Shown: positions 6,876 through 16,410 of the stretch, piece by piece
Numbering within the stretch: the stretch's first letter is position 1
Layout of the letters: each line of letters starts with the position of its first letter
Source of the DNA: a virus
DNA: 64,000 bases
IMG/VR virus record: IMGVR_UViG_3300008110_000025
Coordinates: 1-64,000 of that record
Strand: one strand, 5' to 3'
Notes under the pieces: generated by a model
Told to the model about the DNA's origin: nothing
Seen by the model: the letters and a program-made list of their open reading frames with translations, nothing else
The model's database searches: none
Translations under genes and position numbers: made by a program

Positions 6876-7010
6876 ATGGCTAAAGCAAATACAGTTAACT
6901 CGTGGTCCCCAAACCCTAGAAAGAAACGTCCAGGGGTACATTCTAAGAAAAAGTTCTCTAAACTGAAGAGCTCAAAACTTTACAAGAAAGTTAGTAGAGG
7001 TCAAGGATAA
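6876..7010 (+). CDS. small highly basic protein (44 aa, MAKANTVNSWSPNPRKKRPGVHSKKKFSKLKSSKLYKKVSRGQG)
   Basis: Translated by hand; preceded by a promoter box; KKRPGVH...RGQG pattern; missed by the ORF track. Confidence 0.75.
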   Translation: MAKANTVNSWSPNPRKKRPGVHSKKKFSKLKSSKLYKKVSRGQG

Positions 7011-7016
7011 TTTGCT

Positions 7017-7024
7017 ACATTTGC
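7017..7024 (+). promoter_or_regulatory. Bacteroidota -7 promoter box TACATTTG
   Basis: Matches TAnnTTTG directly ahead of a structured noncoding region. Confidence 0.65.
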
Positions 7025-7028
7025 AGAC

Positions 7029-7250
7029 AGCAACCATTCAACTTGAATGATCACCCCTGAGGGCCAAAGAGTAAGTAAGGGGTCAGACGTTGGGTTCTAT
7101 CATACTCACTTTCAATTACATAGAGTATGAAAGTTGTCCCCGATAGTTGCTAAAAAGGAATTGACATAAGGTTCTGGGGTGGATTACGACTATAGGGAAG
7201 AATGGAATGTCCCACCGAAGGCTAAAGACGGCAGAACTGAAACTCAATTT
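7029..7250 (+). ncRNA. candidate structured ncRNA (~220-250 nt)
   Basis: Eight nested helices found by eye in two multibranch domains; own promoter box; no credible ORF. Confidence 0.6.
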
Positions 7251-7324
7251 TAAACAAAAAATCCTAAGGGGATAGGTGTGCCCAATTGGGAAATTTAGTT
7301 TATCTTTATCTCAAAATTTCTCGT

Positions 7325-7555
7325 ATGGCAACTAACATTAAAGCAGGGCTGTATCAACCCCCATTTACTACTGAGGAAGATCAGCTTACTTACATGTTAG
7401 TGTACGTAGATGATAAGGTAGTGCAGTTCTTAGATGAGGGGGAAAAGTTTGTCTGTCAGTTTAGCTATGAAGAGCTGAGAGGGATTATGGGGATAATGGC
7501 TGCAGAGCAAGAGAAGACTCATCTTAGAATACAGGCTCATATTAAAAAGAACTAA
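7325..7555 (+). CDS. hypothetical protein (probable start MATNIKAG)
   Basis: ATG at 7325 follows a TATCTTTA -7-like box at 7301. Confidence 0.7.
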   Translation: MATNIKAGLYQPPFTTEEDQLTYMLVYVDDKVVQFLDEGEKFVCQFSYEELRGIMGIMAAEQEKTHLRIQAHIKKN

Positions 7556-7561
7556 GTTAAG

Positions 7562-7909
7562 ATGAAGCTTACAAAGATTGATAAAGTACAGACTAGTCTT
7601 AAGCAACTCATTGATGTAGACCCATCTGGGGAGATCAATGAGATTTATAGAGTCGATGATATTAGGCATAACCAAGTACTTATAGCTAAGGTTTATCAAG
7701 AAAGGCAAGATGTATTTAAGTTTGAATACTTGTCTAACTTCTTTGCTGCAGGGACTGGGATAACACTTACTACTAATGATGCTGGGGTTACTACTATTAC
7801 ATCTACTGCTACTAGCAGTGGGGTTAGTACTAACTCTAATGTGCTTATTGACTGTGGGGCATTCCTCACCCCTAACGAGAATGTACTTGTAGACTGTGGA
7901 ACTTTTTAA
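7562..7909 (+). CDS. putative tail fibre-associated protein
   Basis: AGTGITL fibre motif; tandem C-terminal NVLIDCGAF / NVLVDCGTF. Confidence 0.75.
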   Translation: MKLTKIDKVQTSLKQLIDVDPSGEINEIYRVDDIRHNQVLIAKVYQERQDVFKFEYLSNFFAAGTGITLTTNDAGVTTITSTATSSGVSTNSNVLIDCGAFLTPNENVLVDCGTF

Positions 7910-7920
7910 ATTAAAACTGA

Positions 7921-10900
7921 ATGGCTCTTAGAATACGTCGTGGATTATCAGCAGATAGAACATCAATAACCCCCGAACAAGGGGAGTTTTTGTATACAAC
8001 AGACACCTACCAAGTCTACATTGGGGATGGGGTAACTGCTGGGGGTAAGCCACTATATACACTGACTTCTTTAGGGGCTATCGGGCTAACAGACTTAAGT
8101 GCTACAAGTCCTTTATTCTATAACAACACTACAGGGGTATTCTCAATTCAAGTTGCCACTGGATCACAGAATGGATATCTAGCTTCAGGAGACTTTACTG
8201 CATTTAATAATAAGCAAACTGCTCTTGAGATATTCGATGAGACTACTTCATTAATTACCAACCCATCACAGATTAAGTTTGTAGGAACCCCAGTAACCGC
8301 AACAGTAGCAGGCTCAGTTGTAACAGTTACTATTAGTGGTACAGGTGGGGGAGGGGGAGGAGTAACAGGGGTATCTGTTGCAACTGCTAATGGTTTCTCA
8401 GGGGTATCAGACTTAAATGCTACCAACCCAACTCTTACTTTAGGGACTACAGTATCAGGGTTACTAAAGGGGAATGGAACTGCAGTATCAGCTGCTGTAG
8501 CAGGGACAGATTACCAAGCTGCATTGACTGGTACTGGTCTGGTAAATTCTTCAGGGGGTACAATCAGTTATGTAACTAATAACTCTAGCAATTGGGATAC
8601 AGCTTACTCTCAAAGAATCTCATCATTTACTACAATAGGTAATAGTGGGGCTGCTACTTTTACAGGTAATGTCCTTAACATCCCTAACTATACTGCAGCA
8701 GGTATTGGGGCAATAGCATCCTCAAGAATTATCGGGACTACTAGCCCGTTACAAGGTGGGGGAGACTTGACTGCAGATAGGACTCTGTCTATCCTTCAAG
8801 CTACAACCTCACAAAGTGGGTTTTTAAGCTCTACTGATTGGAATACGTTTAATGGTAAGCAGGCTGCTCTCTCAGGAACAGGGATAGTTAAGTCTACTGC
8901 AGGGACGATTACTTATCTGACTGATAACTCAGCTAACTGGGATACAGCATTTGGATGGGGTAACCACGCATCTGCAGGCTACTTAACCTCAGCTACTGCC
9001 GCATCTACGTATGTCCCTAGAACTAGGACTTTGACTATTGATGGGGTTTCACAAGATCTAACAGTAGATAGAAGCTTCACAATCAATAAGGCTATTAACG
9101 ATCTTACTGATGTAACTATTACGTCTGTAGCTGGAGGAGATCTTTTGCAGTATAACCTTGCCACAACTCAGTGGATAAACACTCCATTAAGTGCTATTAC
9201 TTCAGTTGGGGCTGACAACGGATTGAGTTTCTCAGGAGGTAATGTTATCCTTGGGGGAAGTCTAGACTTTGATACAACTATCAATACGTTTAACTCTAGT
9301 CAGTACTCATTAACATTTACAGCAGGTTCGACAGCTTACTCATCCCCAGGTACTGCCCCACTAAGAATAACAGAGACTACAGCGTACTCAGCAGGTAGAT
9401 CAGCATTTTATGTAGGAGCTAATGATAATCATGCCCTCTCTGCAGAAGGTAAAGGCGCCCCAGTAACTACAGCCCCAACTAACTTATATAGAAGATCATC
9501 TGCTAACTTGTCAAAGAATGCTACTATACATTCTAAAGCAAAGCAAGGGTTACCTTTATATGCATACTCAGATTCAGACGAAGCTTATTCATCTATAACT
9601 AGATATTCAACTCCTAGTACTCCAGGTATATTAATTGAAAAGACTACAGGATTAACAAACTCTACAACTGCTAACGCGTTAAGTTTAACTGCAGGAGATA
9701 CATTTGGGGCAAATCAACTGTACAATCTACTAACTTTAAGATTAACAAGATCTGCTACAACTTCTGGACTTGTACCTAACACTGGATTGGAGTTTTCTTT
9801 TGAAGCTCAGACTAGCGGAACCACTGACATTGAACGTCTTGCAAACTTTAAAGTATATAGAGACTCATCAAATAATGGTACGCTAGCTATAAGCACAAGA
9901 ACATCTACAATAAATGATGAATATGATGGAATAGTGTTAAGTAGCAATGGAGAAATTACTCTTCCAGGATATAGACCCACTTATACTGATCTTTTTAAAT
10001 CTCTTCTAACCCCAAATATTACTTCTGGACAGATAACTAGTGTAGGTCTTGTATACTCAGATGCATTTAGACCTAGAATAAAATATGGAGATACTGTTAG
10101 TGTACAGGCTGTTTCCCCATCAGGAACTGGAGCAACCTTTGGTCCAACATTAGGATACTCGTTAAAAAGAATACGAATAACTAATCCAGGATCTGGATAT
10201 GTATCGCCCCCTACAGTAACTATAGCTGCACCCCCAGCTGGAGGATCAGGATGGACTACTGGAGTAACCGCAGTAGCAACTGCTACGTTAACAGCTAGTG
10301 GACAAGTAGAGTATATAAAACTTACTAATCAAGGAACTAGATACGTTACAGTACCATCTGTCACTATATCTGCCCCACCATCAGGAACAACTGCAACAGC
10401 CGTTGCTGAGTTTGGAGAAGGAGAAGTATTATTTATTGCAGTAACAAACTCAGGATCAGGGTATAATAGTGCAACTACAAAGATTATTACTAGAACACAA
10501 TCGTATGCTGGTGCAGTTCCATCAGCATACCTAGGAGTAGATAATAATGGTAAAGTACAATTAGCAACAATATCTGTAGATTACTTATTAAATGGGGGTC
10601 AGTCAACAGGTCCATTTGCAGAGGGAGGTCAATTCTACAATAACACCACTTTATACTTTACTCAAAAAAATTTTATTATTAATGGTAGTAATTATTTTAG
10701 TGTTTCAACTGGAGGATCAGGATCAACATCTACAGATGATGGAAGAATAGTACTTTCAAGTACATCTGCAGGAGGAAACAAATTAGAGAGATCTATATTC
10801 CCTGACCTTACAAGTTCTCCATATACTGATTTTATAGGATTTGCGGATGATTATCTATCTTCTTCCTATACATCTACTTTTTTACATGGAGGTATAAATA

Positions 10901-11850
10901 CAGATGGAACAGGATCACTAGATGCTGGAAATATATATAACTATTATGCAATTAACCCTGGTTTAGACAAAGTTCTAAGTTTTTATTTAAGTACTTCCAC
11001 AGATGGTACAGAACCAATAAATATAAATTCAGGAGTAAAAGCATCATTATATCTACAACACTTAGGGGATATACAAAGTATAAACTTATTAAAGAAACAC
11101 TTTGACGTTAGTTTATCTAGTACCACTTATGTTACAAATGGTGATGGATACGTCTTATCAAACATAGTATCAAATCTATCAGCAGCAAATTACACCGCTA
11201 ACTATGAAATAGAGATAGGGGGAGAGACTAAGATAACATCCTCAGGATACTATGAAGATAACAGTGGAGCGGATACTGGTAGTTACACTGCTGAAATAGC
11301 ATCTAGTGCTACTAGCGAAGGAGGATTGTATAGAGGAATAGACTTAGTAGCAACTTCTGATTTCCCTGGATTACTTGGAACATCTAGAATTAAAATAAAC
11401 TCACAAAGAGTATACATTCGTCCACAGAATATTGGGACAGCTGGGCAAGTACTAAACATTGCCAATGCAACAACTGGAGAGGTTGGTTATACTACGTTAT
11501 CAACTGTTGCAACAAGCGGAGATTATGCGGATTTAACTGGCACACCAACTATCCCAACAACCTTAGATAGTTTAACTGATGTAAGTGCAGCTAGTCCAAC
11601 AAATGGGCAAGTACTATCTTATAATACAGCAGCTAGCGCATGGCAAGCAGCAACATTCTCTGCAAGTGGATTAACTTTGCGTACAAATACTGTTGCTAAT
11701 GGTTCTCAAAGTATTTTAGACTTAAAGCAAGGTACTAACATTACTATAGTTGACGATGGAGTAGGCGGAGTTACAATTAATTCAACAGGTGGTGGAGGTG
11801 GAACAGGAACTATAGGGCTAGATTCAGTATTCATGTTAATGGGAGCGTAA
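7921..11850 (+). CDS. large mosaic tail fibre/adhesin with Mtd_N-like N-terminal domain
   Basis: IRRG...PEQGEFLYTTDTYQVYIGDG N-terminus; internal repeats (DWNTFNGKQ/DFTAFNNKQ, NSSNWDTAY/NSANWDTAF, three GSGY/GTRY units, LTDV); Thr/Ser/Gly-rich. Confidence 0.85.
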   Translation: MALRIRRGLSADRTSITPEQGEFLYTTDTYQVYIGDGVTAGGKPLYTLTSLGAIGLTDLSATSPLFYNNTTGVFSIQVATGSQNGYLASGDFTAFNNKQTALEIFDETTSLITNPSQIKFVGTPVTATVAGSVVTVTISGTGGGGGGVTGVSVATANGFSGVSDLNATNPTLTLGTTVSGLLKGNGTAVSAAVAGTDYQAALTGTGLVNSSGGTISYVTNNSSNWDTAYSQRISSFTTIGNSGAATFTGNVLNIPNYTAAGIGAIASSRIIGTTSPLQGGGDLTADRTLSILQATTSQSGFLSSTDWNTFNGKQAALSGTGIVKSTAGTITYLTDNSANWDTAFGWGNHASAGYLTSATAASTYVPRTRTLTIDGVSQDLTVDRSFTINKAINDLTDVTITSVAGGDLLQYNLATTQWINTPLSAITSVGADNGLSFSGGNVILGGSLDFDTTINTFNSSQYSLTFTAGSTAYSSPGTAPLRITETTAYSAGRSAFYVGANDNHALSAEGKGAPVTTAPTNLYRRSSANLSKNATIHSKAKQGLPLYAYSDSDEAYSSITRYSTPSTPGILIEKTTGLTNSTTANALSLTAGDTFGANQLYNLLTLRLTRSATTSGLVPNTGLEFSFEAQTSGTTDIERLANFKVYRDSSNNGTLAISTRTSTINDEYDGIVLSSNGEITLPGYRPTYTDLFKSLLTPNITSGQITSVGLVYSDAFRPRIKYGDTVSVQAVSPSGTGATFGPTLGYSLKRIRITNPGSGYVSPPTVTIAAPPAGGSGWTTGVTAVATATLTASGQVEYIKLTNQGTRYVTVPSVTISAPPSGTTATAVAEFGEGEVLFIAVTNSGSGYNSATTKIITRTQSYAGAVPSAYLGVDNNGKVQLATISVDYLLNGGQSTGPFAEGGQFYNNTTLYFTQKNFIINGSNYFSVSTGGSGSTSTDDGRIVLSSTSAGGNKLERSIFPDLTSSPYTDFIGFADDYLSSSYTSTFLHGGINTDGTGSLDAGNIYNYYAINPGLDKVLSFYLSTSTDGTEPININSGVKASLYLQHLGDIQSINLLKKHFDVSLSSTTYVTNGDGYVLSNIVSNLSAANYTANYEIEIGGETKITSSGYYEDNSGADTGSYTAEIASSATSEGGLYRGIDLVATSDFPGLLGTSRIKINSQRVYIRPQNIGTAGQVLNIANATTGEVGYTTLSTVATSGDYADLTGTPTIPTTLDSLTDVSAASPTNGQVLSYNTAASAWQAATFSASGLTLRTNTVANGSQSILDLKQGTNITIVDDGVGGVTINSTGGGGGTGTIGLDSVFMLMGA

Positions 11851-11863
11851 AAAATAAAATTAA

Positions 11864-12196
11864 ATGCCAACAACTTATAAAATATTAGGGCAACAAGCCC
11901 CAGCAGCAACTACAGCAGTGGATCTATACACTGTTCCTGCTGCTACACAAGCCGTAGTTAGTTCAATAATTGTCTGCAATCGTTCATCGTCAGCTACGGC
12001 TACGTTTAGAATCTCAGCTTCAGTGGCTGGGGCAGCTACAGCTAACAAAGATTACATCTACTACGATTTAATCATTGGGCAAAGCGATACGTTTATTGCA
12101 ACAATTGGGTTAACTTTGGGGGCTACGGATAAAATACGTATCTATGCATCTACTGCTAACTTATCATTCACTGCAGTTGGATCAGAAATAAGCTAA
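11864..12196 (+). CDS. small virion beta-sandwich protein (fibre-associated)
   Basis: MPTTYKILGQ...LYTVP...SSIIVCN...GSEIS pattern, typical downstream of phage fibre genes. Confidence 0.75.
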   Translation: MPTTYKILGQQAPAATTAVDLYTVPAATQAVVSSIIVCNRSSSATATFRISASVAGAATANKDYIYYDLIIGQSDTFIATIGLTLGATDKIRIYASTANLSFTAVGSEIS

Positions 12197-12202
12197 TAAC
12201 CT

Positions 12203-13462
12203 ATGGCACAAGGATATTCATCATACACAATAGTAGATAGCGGAGTTTCAATTAAGGATGGTCCTAACTTAGATGCATTCAGCAGACTAAGAGTATCACA
12301 GCCTGTCACTGCGTTCTCGTCACAGTTTACGTACAACTTAAATCCATTGCTATTTGAACAAGTAGCAAGCGGTACAGGGGCTACAGTAACTCATGATACT
12401 ACTAATAGAAATACTCTATTGACGTTTGCCTCAACTCCAACTGGGGGGCAAGCGTTTATGCAGAGTTATGAATTCATTCCTTATCAGCCTAGTAAGTCTC
12501 AGCTTGTATTTATCACATTCAACATGATAGCTGCGGTAGCTAACACGTTAAAGTTTGCTGGATTATCAGATGGAAATAACGGAATTGAGTTTCAACTAAA
12601 TGGGACTACTAGACAATTTGTTATTTATTCTGATACCACACTTGGTGATCAAACTGTAGTACAATCCTCATGGAATCTAGATAAACTAGACGGCACTGGA
12701 AGTAGTGGAATAACACTAGACGTTACTAAGACTCAAATTTTAGTAATAGACTTTCAAGCGTTGTACGTAGGAAGAGTTAGAGTTGGATTTGATATTGATG
12801 GGCAGATAATCTATTGCCATGAGTTTCTACATGCCAACTTAGTAGAATACCCATACATTCAAACTGCTAACCTTCCAGTTAGAGTTGGGATGACCTGTAC
12901 AGGAACAGTATCTACTACAATGAACTTTATTTGCTCAGCAGTAGTAAGCGAAGGAGGAATTGATTCCGCAGCTTTGTTTGGGTATGACTTTGTAGCTGCA
13001 AATTCTACAGATATATCAGTAACTACATCACCCACTCATATGCTATCTATTCGCCCAAGAACTACCTTTAACTCTATTACTAATAGGATTAAACTAATTC
13101 CCACAGGTATAGATATTATTATTACTGGATCAGGAACTAACATAGTGTTTTGGGAGTTAGTAGTAGGTCAAACATTGACTTCTGGTGTAGGTGCTGCAAA
13201 TGTAAATACAACATATTCAGGAACAGAAGTTTTAACTGGAGGAGTTATGTCAGGCTCCCCAATAGTTATTGACTCTGGGTATGCAACTAGTTCTAATCAA
13301 AGTAAAGCGTCATTTGACGCAACTATATCGACTAGGTATCCTTTAACTTTAGATAGATCAGGAGCAAATAGAGATTTAGGGCAATTAACTTTAAGAGCAA
13401 CCTCTATAGTTGGAGGAACATTTACCTGCAGAGGATTGATAAGATTTAAAGAGATTAGATAA
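12203..13462 (+). CDS. putative tail/receptor-binding structural protein (DAFSRLRVS family)
   Basis: LDAFSRLRVS, YQPSKS, WNLDKLDGTGSSGITLD and GRVRVGF motifs. Confidence 0.8.
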   Translation: MAQGYSSYTIVDSGVSIKDGPNLDAFSRLRVSQPVTAFSSQFTYNLNPLLFEQVASGTGATVTHDTTNRNTLLTFASTPTGGQAFMQSYEFIPYQPSKSQLVFITFNMIAAVANTLKFAGLSDGNNGIEFQLNGTTRQFVIYSDTTLGDQTVVQSSWNLDKLDGTGSSGITLDVTKTQILVIDFQALYVGRVRVGFDIDGQIIYCHEFLHANLVEYPYIQTANLPVRVGMTCTGTVSTTMNFICSAVVSEGGIDSAALFGYDFVAANSTDISVTTSPTHMLSIRPRTTFNSITNRIKLIPTGIDIIITGSGTNIVFWELVVGQTLTSGVGAANVNTTYSGTEVLTGGVMSGSPIVIDSGYATSSNQSKASFDATISTRYPLTLDRSGANRDLGQLTLRATSIVGGTFTCRGLIRFKEIR

Positions 13463-14910
13463 TGCCTTTAGAAAGAATATATAGAGACATATCAATAAAT
13501 GACTCAGTAAACTTAGACTCATTCTCTAAAGTTAGAATATCTGAGGTATCTGACTATGATTTTTTTAATTTTACTTATGCCTCTACCAATACTTGGAATG
13601 TTAATGTATTTGGTGCTCCAGAAGCAGGATTAAATTTTTTTACACACTACATTGGAATAGATATAGTTGGATCATTTGCTAATCTATCTGCAGTAAAATT
13701 TATAGATAATAAGGTACAATTTAAAGCTATTAGCGTACTTACTGGACTGACCCCAGCAGTTGCTTCTATACAAACTAGAAGACTTATAAACATCACAAGA
13801 AACTCTACTATAAAAGCATATATATCTTTTAAATTATCAAGTACACCTATTCCTGCCTCTAGAATTATGTGGATTGGAATAGGAAATGATAACGCTGTTA
13901 ATAATGAAGATGGTAAAAGTGGGTTTATAGGACTTAAACTAGACCCTCTTGCTATAACTGCAACCAATCCGTTAGGAATAACTCTAAGCTTAACTTTAAC
14001 TACAATAAGTTCAGTAAGCAAAATTGTCTTAAGTAAAGATGAGTGGGAAGATAGATTTGATGGAACTGGACCTAGTGGAGTAACCTTAGATTTTACAAAA
14101 ATTCAAGTCCTATCAATAGAATATAGATCGGGAGGACACGGAGAGACAGAATGGGGATTCATGGTAGGAAGTAAATTCTGTAGAGCAGCAGCTATGTACA
14201 ATGTAAATAAATCTATCAGTGATGGTTTTGGAAATGGTCTACTCGGAGGCACACCTGTTACGCTTCGACCATTTTTAAATAGTTGCAGACTTACAGCAGG
14301 ATATGGAAGAACATCTGGAAGTAGCCCCTCTTTAACATCAAATGAAGTATTCTTTGACTTATATGGAGGAGTTGTATTTAGAGAAGAGAATCCAAATGAA
14401 ATAAAACTTAAAAATAAATACAAATTTTCTACGTCAACTACCTATAATGCTACTATAAGTTCGGGAATAAGTACAAGTATAATAAGAATAAGAAAGAAAG
14501 CTAGTTATAATAGTGCAACATCTACATATTTTACTTTTGCAACTATTGATACAATAACATTTTTATCTACAGCTACTGTACCACTATACTGGGAATTAGT
14601 TTACAGTAATGCAGTATCTACAACTTTTACTTCTTTAGATTCAAACTCTTTAATAGAAATAAATACTGGTACTGGTGCACTAAGGCCTACTGGGCCAATA
14701 ATCTATGGGGGATTTGTAGCAGCAGGAGAAACTATAACTTTTAAAGTTCCTGAATCTGTAAAAAATATGTGGCAACTAGTAGATGGTGTTAGAGGAACAG
14801 GAACTGCAGATAACTACACTTACTTTGCAATATGCGCAACCCCAATTGGAGGAGGAACAACAGCTAACCAAATAAGAGTATCAATAACAACTGAAGAAAC
14901 TTATAACTAA
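13462..14910 (+). CDS. diverged paralogue of 12203..13462
   Basis: Shares NLDSFSKVRIS, WEDRFDGTGPSGVTLDFTKIQ and YWELV with the previous gene. Confidence 0.8.
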   Translation: MPLERIYRDISINDSVNLDSFSKVRISEVSDYDFFNFTYASTNTWNVNVFGAPEAGLNFFTHYIGIDIVGSFANLSAVKFIDNKVQFKAISVLTGLTPAVASIQTRRLINITRNSTIKAYISFKLSSTPIPASRIMWIGIGNDNAVNNEDGKSGFIGLKLDPLAITATNPLGITLSLTLTTISSVSKIVLSKDEWEDRFDGTGPSGVTLDFTKIQVLSIEYRSGGHGETEWGFMVGSKFCRAAAMYNVNKSISDGFGNGLLGGTPVTLRPFLNSCRLTAGYGRTSGSSPSLTSNEVFFDLYGGVVFREENPNEIKLKNKYKFSTSTTYNATISSGISTSIIRIRKKASYNSATSTYFTFATIDTITFLSTATVPLYWELVYSNAVSTTFTSLDSNSLIEINTGTGALRPTGPIIYGGFVAAGETITFKVPESVKNMWQLVDGVRGTGTADNYTYFAICATPIGGGTTANQIRVSITTEETYN

Positions 14911-15431
14911 TGGCACAAGGGTATACAAAAGGAATTCCACTTAGCACTGATGGTACGCTATCAGCTAATAGTGACTTAATTGTTCCATCTCAGAAAGCAG
15001 TTAAGGCTTACGTTGACGCTAACTCTGGAGGTGGTGGAGGTAGTGGCGGTACTACTACTAATGCCTTGACAATAAATAACTCTGGTAGTGGAGATGTTTC
15101 TGGAACTACATTTAATGGGTCAGCAGCGGTTACTATCTCATATAACACTGTTGGGGCACAGGCATCTAACTCTAACCTTACTAACTTAGCAGGTTTAACT
15201 TATGCTTCTACTTCATTTGTAAAAATGACTGCAGCTAATACATTTAGTCTAGATACTACAGTATATGCACCATTAGCATCTCCTGCATTTACAGGAACTC
15301 CAACGGCAACAACACCATCTGCTAACGATAATAGTACTAAATTAGCAACCACAGCTTATGTAGACAATGCAGTAAGTGGAGGAGGAGTAACTTTTAACCA
15401 AGTACAAAGAATAGCATTCCTTAAGATATGA
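14910..15431 (+). CDS. short tail fibre protein
   Basis: LSANSD...PSQKAVKAYVD and APLASPAFTGTPTA...NSTKLATTAYV fibre repeats. Confidence 0.8.
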   Translation: MAQGYTKGIPLSTDGTLSANSDLIVPSQKAVKAYVDANSGGGGGSGGTTTNALTINNSGSGDVSGTTFNGSAAVTISYNTVGAQASNSNLTNLAGLTYASTSFVKMTAANTFSLDTTVYAPLASPAFTGTPTATTPSANDNSTKLATTAYVDNAVSGGGVTFNQVQRIAFLKI

Positions 15432-16270
15432 TCATACTAAGCAATACAACAGATTCATTGCAAGTAGTGCTAGCATCTGCTGTTACTACTAACCAACTTA
15501 GGTGTTATGTAGCTTATAGGGATACTACTGCTAGTACTATCACCCCAAATAGAGCTGTAGCTAACACAAATAACACGACCCCAGTCACGTTATTATCTGC
15601 TCCTTCAGCTTCAGCTCAAAAAATTGTAGATTATTTAAGTATTTATAACTCAGATACTGGTACTGAAATCGTAACCGTGTATATAAATAGCAGTTCTACT
15701 ACTTACAAGTTAATAGAGATTGCATTAGCTCCTGGAGAAAAACTAGAATTTCAAGAAGGGCAAGGATTTAGAAGTCTAGCTGCAGATGGATCATTAAAGA
15801 TTGGGGAAAATCAAAGTATTACATCTAATGGAAATGTCAATGTAGCATCAATATCTACGGGTATTACTACTACTAGTACTACGTATGTAAATATGACTGG
15901 ATTATCATTCTCTATGGATGCTAATTCAACTTATTGGTTTAGATTTGTAATATCTACCTTTCATGCTAATGCCTCTGTTTCATATAGATTTGCAGTTAAT
16001 AGTGCAGCTACCCTTACATACTTATCTTACATGAGATTATTTAATGTAGGTACGGGTCCTAATAACTTAACAACTTACATATCAAAAGATTACGATTCTT
16101 CTGAAGCAGCAACTGGAAATACGGTAACAGCAGGAACAATAGCAACAATGGAAGGAATAATATCAGTATCAACTTCTGGAACACTCATAGGTAGAATGGC
16201 GCAAGAGTTGGCCTCTGGTACAATGAACGTAAGAGCTGGATCTTTAGTATACTACCAAAAACTAAGCTAA
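15428..16270 (+). CDS. fibre-tip/receptor-binding protein, paralogue 1 of 3
   Basis: MIILSNTTDSLQVVL N-terminal domain shared with two downstream genes. Confidence 0.8.
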   Translation: MIILSNTTDSLQVVLASAVTTNQLRCYVAYRDTTASTITPNRAVANTNNTTPVTLLSAPSASAQKIVDYLSIYNSDTGTEIVTVYINSSSTTYKLIEIALAPGEKLEFQEGQGFRSLAADGSLKIGENQSITSNGNVNVASISTGITTTSTTYVNMTGLSFSMDANSTYWFRFVISTFHANASVSYRFAVNSAATLTYLSYMRLFNVGTGPNNLTTYISKDYDSSEAATGNTVTAGTIATMEGIISVSTSGTLIGRMAQELASGTMNVRAGSLVYYQKLS

Positions 16271-16410
16271 TGAATATAGGAGATACCATAATAATACATG
16301 ATAAAGCTTATACTGTATGGCTTATTGAGGGAGCAGTATACCATCTAATTGCTGCTGATGGAGAAGGTAGATGCTATGTTGAGCAAACTTTGTTAAATTT
16401 AGAAGAATGA
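16270..16410 (+). CDS. small hypothetical protein (46 aa, MNIGDTIIIHDKAYTVW...)
   Basis: Translated by hand; TAATG and ATGA overlaps with both neighbours. Confidence 0.7.
   Translation: MNIGDTIIIHDKAYTVWLIEGAVYHLIAADGEGRCYVEQTLLNLEE

Noticed and set aside
7029-7250. Hammerhead ribozyme in the structured region (CTGAGGG, GAAAC)
   Set aside because: No CUGANGA core in the correct helical context
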